Assembly: GCA_001873435.1 (NCBI GenBank)
Contig: MNZB01000001.1
Location: 15,573 to 79,572 of the forward strand
Origin: Candidatus Pacebacteria bacterium CG2_30_36_39
GTDB taxonomy: Bacteria > Patescibacteriota > Microgenomatia > UBA1400 > PJMF01
Length of the DNA stretch: 64,000 nucleotides
Direction of reading: 5' to 3'
A program made the translations under genes and the position numbers. Positions 22,454-28,346 of the stretch are shown here, in pieces; within the stretch, counting starts at the first letter, position 1, and each line of letters opens with the position of its first letter. A model generated the notes under the pieces. That model saw nothing but the letters and a program-made list of their open reading frames with translations, had not been told where the DNA came from and did no database searches.

Positions 22454-22757
22454 CTTTTTCCTCTAAAATTCTTGATACAACAAAAAATCCATTATGGGTT
22501 TGAGCGGCGTTTGCCAGTGCTTCTTGTTGAGTAAAAATTGTGTTGGGGTTAATAGTGTCTTCACGCCAAACATTTTCTAAGCCAGTTACCTGGTGAGCGG
22601 TTGGTACGTTTTTTACATCCAACTTATTTAATTCATCAATGACGTCTAGGGTTTCAGAAAATCCGGCAGCTAATTTTTCTTGTTCGACTTGAGTAACTGG
22701 AATATTAGCTAATTTAGCAATGTGGGCAACAATTTGTGGTGTCACAGAGTTTTTCAT
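22446..22757 (-). CDS. gatC: Glu-tRNA(Gln) amidotransferase subunit C
   Basis: Conserved GatC core (IAKLANIPVTQVEQEKLAAGFSETLDVIDELNKLDVKNV...) begins at an internal Met. The 153-aa ORF-track frame reaching 22907 would overlap htpX and is not used. Confidence 0.8.
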   Translation of the reverse strand: MKNSVTPQIVAHIAKLANIPVTQVEQEKLAAGFSETLDVIDELNKLDVKNVPTAHQVTGLENVWREDTINPNTIFTQQEALANAAQTHNGFFVVSRILEEKDA

Positions 22758-22812
22758 TTCGTCTGGGAGTATAGCAGAATTCAGAGGTGTTTTCAGAAGG
22801 AAAAATGAGATT

Positions 22813-23727
22813 TTATCGAGTAATTTCTTGAAGAGATTTGATTCTTTCTGAGAGTGGTGGATGAGTGGCGAATAGGTTGGAAAACATTCCAATTCCTCCA
22901 TGAGCATTTTTTAGTGGGTTGGTGATGTATAAATGAGCTGTTGCTTTATTTGCAGCTTCAAGTGGTTCACGATCGGTGCCAAGTTTTTGTAAGGCATCAA
23001 TCATTCCTTGGGGATTTTTGGTCATGGCAACTGCTGATGCGTCAGCTAAGAATTCTCTTTTTCTAGATATGGCTAACTTTATTAATTGGGCAATTAATGG
23101 TGATAGTAATGCCAATATCATGCCAACTACTAAGAATATTGTTTGAAGTTGAGAGTCTCCATCGCGGTCATTGCGTTTTCTTCCTCCGCCCCAATAGCTC
23201 ATGCGTAAAACCCAATCTGCTAAAAGTGAAATAAAGCCAACCATGATGGTTACAAGTGACATTAAACGAATATCGTAGTTTTGTACGTGTGAAAGTTCGT
23301 GAGCTACTACGCCCTCTATTTCTCGGCGATTGAGTTTGGATAGCAGGCCGGTAGTGGCACAGACAACAGCGTGTTGTGGATCTCTGCCTGTGGCAAAGGC
23401 GTTCATGGCTGTATCGTCAATGACGTAGAGTTTGGGGATTGGCATTTTTTGGCTATTGGCTAGGTTTTCAGCTACGGTGTAGAAATCAAAAAATTCTGCT
23501 CTTTTTGCTTCGCGAGCACCAGATAGACCAAGAATTATTGTGTCTGAAAAATAGTAACTACCAAAACTTGATATGCCGGCAAATATCAAGGCAAAACCCA
23601 TGACGTCTAGGCCATAGCCAAAGCCCTCCATGATGAAGTAGGCTGCAAATAGAATGAAAGCGATGAAGCTAATAATAACGACCAGAGATTTCTGCTTATT
23701 ACTAGCAACCAATTGATAATGTGTCAT
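22813..23727 (-). CDS. htpX: Zinc metalloprotease HtpX (M48 family)
   Basis: HELSHV zinc-binding motif; multiple TM helices; 304 aa. Confidence 0.9.
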   Translation of the reverse strand: MTHYQLVASNKQKSLVVIISFIAFILFAAYFIMEGFGYGLDVMGFALIFAGISSFGSYYFSDTIILGLSGAREAKRAEFFDFYTVAENLANSQKMPIPKLYVIDDTAMNAFATGRDPQHAVVCATTGLLSKLNRREIEGVVAHELSHVQNYDIRLMSLVTIMVGFISLLADWVLRMSYWGGGRKRNDRDGDSQLQTIFLVVGMILALLSPLIAQLIKLAISRKREFLADASAVAMTKNPQGMIDALQKLGTDREPLEAANKATAHLYITNPLKNAHGGIGMFSNLFATHPPLSERIKSLQEITR

Positions 23728-23728
23728 C

Positions 23729-24313
23729 TTAATCTAAAGAAACTTTATGATCTTTGGTTTCTTCAGCGCTAACTGAAAGGTGGGCTCCCATATTTGAGGT
23801 TTCTAGGCCTTTTTCTGGTTTAAAACCAAACATGTTTGCAACCATATTTGATGGGAATACCACTAGTTTTTGGTTGAAGGTTTGAGTTAAATCAATAACT
23901 GTTCTTCTAGCATAAGTTAGTTTGTCTGCTGTATCAGTTAGTTCATCCATAAATTTAGTGACAGTGGTATCTGCTTTAATTTCTGGATTGTCTTCAACAG
24001 CTACCTGAATTTTTGGAATCAAGGCTTGAACTGAGCTAAGGGCTTTTTCGATGTCTGCTGGTTTACCAGTTTGATCTGCTAGTTCTGCTGCCTTACGGGC
24101 ATCAGTAAGCATTTTAAAAATGCCTTTTTCATGTTTAAAGTAGCCTTTAACTGCTGATTCAAGATTTGGAATTAAACTAGCTTGTCTTTTGAGCTGATTG
24201 CCAATCTCTTGGATACTAGCTTGAATCTGAGTTTTAAGGGTTTGAAGTGAGTTGAAAATTCCAACTACATATGCAAAGACCACGACTGCGATTAAAAAGA
24301 AAAACATACACAC
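23729..24313 (-). CDS. lemA: LemA family protein
   Basis: LemA signature LKRQASLIPNLESAVKGYFKHEK; N-terminal TM; the usual LemA-HtpX pairing. Confidence 0.85.
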   Translation of the reverse strand: MCMFFFLIAVVVFAYVVGIFNSLQTLKTQIQASIQEIGNQLKRQASLIPNLESAVKGYFKHEKGIFKMLTDARKAAELADQTGKPADIEKALSSVQALIPKIQVAVEDNPEIKADTTVTKFMDELTDTADKLTYARRTVIDLTQTFNQKLVVFPSNMVANMFGFKPEKGLETSNMGAHLSVSAEETKDHKVSLD

Positions 24314-24426
24314 TCCTTTGGAGTAAACTATTAACAGCTATAGTATAGCAAATTGTTGTGTAGAGTAACTTGGTAACTACTAGCGCAAAAAATAGTTTAT
24401 TTGTTATAATTGCCATCTGTTAATAT

Positions 24427-24502
24427 GGGCCCGTGGTGTAGTGGTTAACATGCTTCCCTGTCACGGAAGAGATCACCAGTTCGATCCTGGCCGGGCTCGC
24501 CA
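24427..24502 (+). tRNA. tRNA-Asp (anticodon GTC), CCA encoded
   Basis: Manual cloverleaf: acceptor gggcccg/cgggctc; anticodon loop ctGTCac; T-arm ttcgatc; 3' gcca. Confidence 0.9.
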
Positions 24503-24510
24503 AGAATATA

Positions 24511-24538
24511 AAAGACCTACTAGATAGGTCTTTTTTTA
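24511..24538 (+). terminator. Rho-independent terminator after tRNA-Asp
   Basis: aagaccta-ctaga-taggtctt hairpin plus a T7 run. Confidence 0.7.
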
Positions 24539-24582
24539 TTTTCATAACTATTTTTTTTAAATTATATTTTGCTCAAGTAACA

Positions 24583-24623
24583 TATCCTATAACATTGACA
24601 AAAGATGGCATTTGCAATACAAT
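24583..24623 (+). promoter_or_regulatory. Near-consensus sigma70 promoter P1 with upstream TATCCTATAA box (TATCCTATAA-ca-TTGACA-N17-TACAAT).
   Basis: Read directly. The same box/-35/-10 architecture recurs at 25026-25066 and 38453-38493. Confidence 0.5.
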
Positions 24624-24825
24624 AACCTATCTTAAAAAGAAAATTTTTTACATTGCGTAGAATTTTTTTTCTTTTTATTTATAAGACCTGTTCTTTAATA
24701 ACCTTCTTCTTTAGTTTTCATGCTTATTTTTGAGTGGTGTTCTATTTGAATATTAATAATCTAATATCTAAATAAAACACCGCTCACTTCAGGTGGTGAA
24801 TCTTGAAGAAAGGAGTGACACAGCC

Positions 24826-24942
24826 ATGTGGTGCTCACATCAGTGGTACACAAAGTCATATTTCCCAGAGAAATTCTTATGGTTTACGTTTGTTTGGGAA
24901 AAATGCACTAAGTGCGGTCGTTGGAGAATGAAGTTTTTATAG
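24826..24942 (+). CDS. 38-aa Trp/Cys-rich small ORF (MWCSHQWYTKSYFPEKFLWFTFVWEKCTKCGRWRMKFL)
   Basis: Shine-Dalgarno AAAGGAG 8 nt upstream of the ATG; its own intrinsic terminator downstream; C3/H5...C27xxC30. Confidence 0.4.
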   Translation: MWCSHQWYTKSYFPEKFLWFTFVWEKCTKCGRWRMKFL

Positions 24943-24959
24943 ACTCATTCTCTTTTGAA

Positions 24960-24989
24960 AGCCGTCTCTTTATGGGACGGCTTTTTTTC
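24960..24989 (+). terminator. Rho-independent terminator after the 38-aa ORF
   Basis: agccgtctc-tttat-gggacggct hairpin plus a T7 run. Confidence 0.65.
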
Positions 24990-25025
24990 ATTAAATTCAT
25001 TATATTTAAAATATTTTTCTATTTT

Positions 25026-25066
25026 TATCCTATAATTTTGATTACTTTGATATATTTTGTTATAAT
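25026..25066 (+). promoter_or_regulatory. Sigma70 promoter P2 with TATCCTATAA box (TATCCTATAA-tt-TTGATT-N17-TATAAT).
   Basis: Consensus -10, good -35, 17-nt spacer; upstream of the macro-domain gene. Confidence 0.55.
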
Positions 25067-25160
25067 AAACACGTTATTTATATAAATTTTGTATTTTGCA
25101 TACACTTCATTTATTTAAATAACTTGCTCTTTAATAATTTTGCAAATATCTATTAAAACG

Positions 25161-25205
25161 ATTGGCTAGTTTTATACTCATAAAGTGATTATAAAACTAG
25201 CCAAT
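25161..25205 (+). repeat. Perfect inverted repeat, 16-bp arms with a 13-nt spacer, in the 5' leader of the macro-domain gene.
   Basis: attggctagttttata / tataaaactagccaat. No U-tract follows, so it is not a terminator. The Shine-Dalgarno GAGGAG and the ATG lie 25-35 nt downstream. Confidence 0.8.
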
Positions 25206-25240
25206 CCTGGTTAGTAATAACTCAATGAGGAGCGTGAAAC

Positions 25241-25762
25241 ATGAAAGTTTCAATTACTACTGGTAGCATTACTGCAACCACCTCCAGAGTTCAAGCTATT
25301 GCCACCCCTATCAATGGGACTGGCGGCTGGTATGGCGCGATTGACAATGCAATCTATGAAATTGCAGATGAATATTATCACCAAGTACCAAGACAACGGC
25401 TTGAGGCCGTTGGTTTGAACCATGGCGAAGTGATTGTGGTAAAGCGAACTCCAGACTTTACCCATAGAGGCAACTTTGACGATGTCATTTTTGTGGTTGA
25501 CCGTCTTCGTTCGCCTCTTAATGAAGTTGTCTACGCTGCCTTGGCAGCTGCCAAGCAAGTAGGCTATAAGTCTATTGCTATGCCGGTTATGAGAACTGGC
25601 AGAATGGCTGGGCGCGTTGAAAAAAGTTATGAGGAAGTCATCAGGCAAATCAAGCTTGGTTTTGACCGTATCATGGCAGAAGGCAATTGGGATGTAGAAA
25701 TACAAATTGTTGTTTACAACGACCCAGAAACCAAGCGCATGTTGGAAGAGGTATTTGCTTAA
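25241..25762 (+). CDS. Macro-domain protein (ADP-ribose-binding/processing fold), GC3-atypical
   Basis: Matches macro-domain signatures: ATPINGTGGWYGAIDNAI (~NAAN..GGGV.GAI) and SIAMPVMRTGRMAG (~SIAFPaIsTG..G). GC3 ~55-60% against ~35% in flanking genes. Confidence 0.7.
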   Translation: MKVSITTGSITATTSRVQAIATPINGTGGWYGAIDNAIYEIADEYYHQVPRQRLEAVGLNHGEVIVVKRTPDFTHRGNFDDVIFVVDRLRSPLNEVVYAALAAAKQVGYKSIAMPVMRTGRMAGRVEKSYEEVIRQIKLGFDRIMAEGNWDVEIQIVVYNDPETKRMLEEVFA

Positions 25763-25774
25763 GAATTAAAGAGA

Positions 25775-25805
25775 AGAGCCACTGTTAAACCAGTGGCTCT
25801 TTTCG
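25775..25805 (+). terminator. Rho-independent terminator after the macro-domain gene
   Basis: 10-bp stem agagccactg/cagtggctct followed by TTTCGTTT. Confidence 0.7.
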
Positions 25806-25856
25806 TTTATTTGACTATATCTGATATAATAATATGCATATTGATAAACAAAAGAA

Positions 25857-25883
25857 AGCTAGGTTGCCTAGCTAATTTTTTTT
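25857..25883 (+). terminator. Second intrinsic terminator, in tandem
   Basis: agctagg-ttg-cctagct hairpin plus a T8 run. Confidence 0.55.
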
Positions 25884-26041
25884 CTATCAATAAAACCTTC
25901 TTGCTCTTTAAAAACCTTCGCTCAAGTTTAGCATTCAACAAGAATGGACAACTTTCTTTATTTATTCTAAATGAGTAATTAAGGAAAGTTGTCTGCTCCC
26001 ACAGATGACTATCCTACAAAACGAAGGAGGTGAGACTAATA

Positions 26042-26140
26042 ATGTTGATCAAAATGATCATCGTCCGCGGCTTTATTTGCCCGTTGTGTGGAGAATTCCA
26101 CGTGACGTCCATCGAAGTCGTCGAAATGATTGCGCTGTAA
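26042..26140 (+). CDS. 32-aa Cys-containing small ORF (MLIKMIIVRGFICPLCGEFHVTSIEVVEMIAL), GC-rich
   Basis: Strong Shine-Dalgarno AAGGAGGTGA 7 nt upstream of the ATG; CPxCG motif; GC ~50% inside a ~30% GC spacer; hairpin downstream. Confidence 0.4.
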   Translation: MLIKMIIVRGFICPLCGEFHVTSIEVVEMIAL

Positions 26141-26187
26141 AGCCGCTCATTTCTTTATAAACTCACCAATCACAACAGCAAGAAGAA

Positions 26188-26218
26188 GGTGCCACCCCTC
26201 AAAAGGGTGGCACTTTCC
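26188..26218. terminator. GC-rich hairpin between the 32-aa ORF and the convergent phosphatase gene, usable from either strand.
   Basis: gtgccaccc-ctcaaaa-gggtggcac, 9-bp stem. Weak T-tract on the plus side; A/T run on the minus side. Confidence 0.5.
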
Positions 26219-26243
26219 ATATATGGACCCTTTTTTTTGGATA

Positions 26244-26918
26244 TCAAGCAATATGATTGCTCGAAGCTTGATTATCAGTACTCTTTACTACTCCAAGCGT
26301 TTCCACAACCCTAAAACCATCTTCAGTTTTTTCCAATTTAACATAAGCAGTATTTTTAACATTTCCATGTGGTAACTCTGAATAAGTAGCCCAACCCAAA
26401 TAAATTAGAAAGATTCTAATCGCTGCTCCATGAGTAACAACTAAATTTGTTTTACCCTCAGTCTCTAGTTTTGTTTCTTCAAAAAAACTATTAAAACGAA
26501 TTACCAACTCTTCATCAGATTCAATATTATCCTTCACCTTATGAGAAAATCTTTCATCCTTTGGTAAGGCATCTCTAAAAGCCAAAAGCTCACCAAGCTC
26601 TTCATGAAACTTTTCTATACTTTTACCTTCATAATCCCCTAGCTTTATTTCTCTCAAATTGTAATGAGATTCTATCGGTAAGTTTTTTTTGGAAACTATA
26701 TGAACCGCAGTTTGTTGAGCTCTTTTAAGATCAGAAGCATAGACATTATCTAGCCAGATGCTTTCAAATATTTCTGCTAGTTTTTGAGCCTGACTTATGC
26801 CAGTTTCATTTAAATCTGTATCGAGATGTCCTTGAATAATATTATTTTTATTTTGTTGAGTTTCCCCATGTCGGACAAGGTAAAAAATAGTTGGTTTTTG
26901 AGACATAATAAACTGCAT
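26244..26918 (-). CDS. Histidine phosphatase family protein (phosphoglycerate-mutase-like)
   Basis: LVRHGET catalytic motif; 224 aa. Confidence 0.8.
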   Translation of the reverse strand: MQFIMSQKPTIFYLVRHGETQQNKNNIIQGHLDTDLNETGISQAQKLAEIFESIWLDNVYASDLKRAQQTAVHIVSKKNLPIESHYNLREIKLGDYEGKSIEKFHEELGELLAFRDALPKDERFSHKVKDNIESDEELVIRFNSFFEETKLETEGKTNLVVTHGAAIRIFLIYLGWATYSELPHGNVKNTAYVKLEKTEDGFRVVETLGVVKSTDNQASSNHIA

Positions 26919-26998
26919 TCTAACACTTTCCCATTGATTCCAGGTCTTTTATCCTGGTATAACAAAAGCTCTGAATAGCAAAAAGAAAGGAAATTAAG

Positions 26999-27493
26999 AT
27001 GTCGGATGATCAAAAGACGAAAAATAGCGAGGACTTGGCAATGGAAGCTTTGACTCAAGCCACTCATGTCGGTGGTGATGACGAAGTGGAAAACTCCAAT
27101 AAAGTAGCAGATACTCTCAATACTCTGCAAAATCTTATTGAGCGTCATGCTTTAAGTGCTGAAGAAGTACGCAAGCAAATCAAAGAAAAACAAGAAAGCT
27201 TGCGTAGTGTCTTTGAGAATGATTCAACCTTGGCTGAAGCAGAGGCAGAAGCTCAAGTTCATACTTCAAAAATGAAGGAACGCAAAAGCCAATTGCAATC
27301 TGATCCCCAAGTAACTTCACTCAAAATCATGATTGCAGAGCTCAAAGAACAACAAAAGGAATTAGAAGAAACATTGAGCAATCACTTAATTAATTATCAC
27401 TCCTTAACCAATTCAAAGAGTTTTGATACCAGTGATGGTGATCAATGGGATTTTTCGATTAAAGCCAAAATTAGACCTCGTGGTAAGAAATAA
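26999..27493 (+). CDS. Hypothetical acidic coiled-coil protein
   Basis: 164-aa ORF; Shine-Dalgarno GGAAA..ATG; bidirectional terminator downstream; no recognisable motif. Confidence 0.5.
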   Translation: MSDDQKTKNSEDLAMEALTQATHVGGDDEVENSNKVADTLNTLQNLIERHALSAEEVRKQIKEKQESLRSVFENDSTLAEAEAEAQVHTSKMKERKSQLQSDPQVTSLKIMIAELKEQQKELEETLSNHLINYHSLTNSKSFDTSDGDQWDFSIKAKIRPRGKK

Positions 27494-27512
27494 AAAACAT
27501 TTTTTAAAAATA

Positions 27513-27548
27513 AAACCCCCGCTTAAAAAAAACGGGGGTTTTCTTTTA
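27513..27548. terminator. Bidirectional intrinsic terminator
   Basis: aaacccccg-ctt-A8-cgggggttt hairpin with A/T runs on both sides, between convergent genes. Confidence 0.75.
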
Positions 27549-27563
27549 TTCTTAAGCTAAAAA

Positions 27564-27818
27564 TTAGGTTTTACCCAATTTTTGATTAATACGAATTAAA
27601 GCTTGTGGAGAAATGTTCTTCATTTTCTTTAATGAACGAGCTCTTCTCTTTAAACGACTATTAGTAGCAGTTTTTTCAGCTTTAAACTTGGATGGCTTCT
27701 TGAAGTAACGACGATCTTTGACGATCTGCACAATCCCAGTAGCTGCAACGGCTTTCTTAAATTTGCGAATTAAATCGCTTGTTGATTCGCTTTTTTTAGC
27801 TTTGATGACGATAGGCAT
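27564..27818 (-). CDS. rpsU: 30S ribosomal protein S21
   Basis: MPIVIKAK...LIRKFKK...YFKKPSKFK...KRRARSLKK pattern typical of S21. Strong Shine-Dalgarno GGAGGTGA. Confidence 0.75.
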   Translation of the reverse strand: MPIVIKAKKSESTSDLIRKFKKAVAATGIVQIVKDRRYFKKPSKFKAEKTATNSRLKRRARSLKKMKNISPQALIRINQKLGKT

Positions 27819-27866
27819 TGTTACTCACCTCCCTTCTCAAGTTGTTAGTTGTATTAAGAGCTAGAA

Positions 27867-28346
27867 TTATACACTAGCTTTGCGGATATTGGCAGCCAAA
27901 TTTTCTAATTTACTATCTTCTGCTCGATTGGAATCATTAGAGCTTAAATAACCAGGATATTGTTTGAAATATGTTCTAACCTTTTTTGATTCAATTGCTT
28001 CCCAGTTTTCTAAGTTTCCAGTGCCGTGCATTGGAAATAATTTGCTATGCAAATGATCAACCCCAAAACCTTCAAAAAACATACCACAACGAGCAACATC
28101 AGCGAAATATTTATCAAGCAAATTTGCAACTTTTTTGGTCGCAATAATTAACTTTTCAAGAACAATATCTTCTTGGGCAAAAGCATAACTACCATAATGT
28201 TTTTTGGGAATTACTACGGTGAAACCCTCTGTGTTTGGAAAAATAGAAAGAAAAGCCAAATGTCCATCATCTTCCCAAATTTTATGGCTTGGAATATTTC
28301 CTTGAGCTATTTGACAAAAAATACAATTATCCATAAATTTCCTCAA
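27867..28346 (-). CDS. HIT (histidine triad) family hydrolase
   Basis: CIFCQI N-terminal motif and HxHxHxx-like DHLHSKLFPMHG. Confidence 0.8.
   Translation of the reverse strand: MRKFMDNCIFCQIAQGNIPSHKIWEDDGHLAFLSIFPNTEGFTVVIPKKHYGSYAFAQEDIVLEKLIIATKKVANLLDKYFADVARCGMFFEGFGVDHLHSKLFPMHGTGNLENWEAIESKKVRTYFKQYPGYLSSNDSNRAEDSKLENLAANIRKASV

Noticed and set aside
24313-24416. 60-aa minus-strand ORF (24234-24416) extending upstream of lemA
   Set aside because: It overlaps the lemA start and the tRNA-Asp promoter region and has no support.
24540-25240. Possibility that the AT-rich spacers of the tRNA-Asp islet encode a known structured ncRNA (RNase P RNA, tmRNA, SRP RNA, common riboswitches)
   Set aside because: No recognisable hallmark sequences (RNase P P4 GGAAAGUCCGG / AGGGAAAC, the tmRNA tag ORF, or the SRP domain IV GGAA/AGCA loop) are present. 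Only generic hairpins and promoter-like elements were seen.
25811-25850. Additional partial copies of the tttgatat-type promoter spacer motif (also 36985-37020 near tRNA-Arg, 29405-29440, and tatcctacaa at 26013)
   Set aside because: Each is too degenerate, lacks the TATCCTATAA box, or lacks correctly spaced -35/-10 hexamers. They are noted only as possible eroded copies.
26130-26375. 81-aa plus-strand ORF
   Set aside because: It runs through a terminator hairpin and antisense into the histidine-phosphatase gene. It is not supported.
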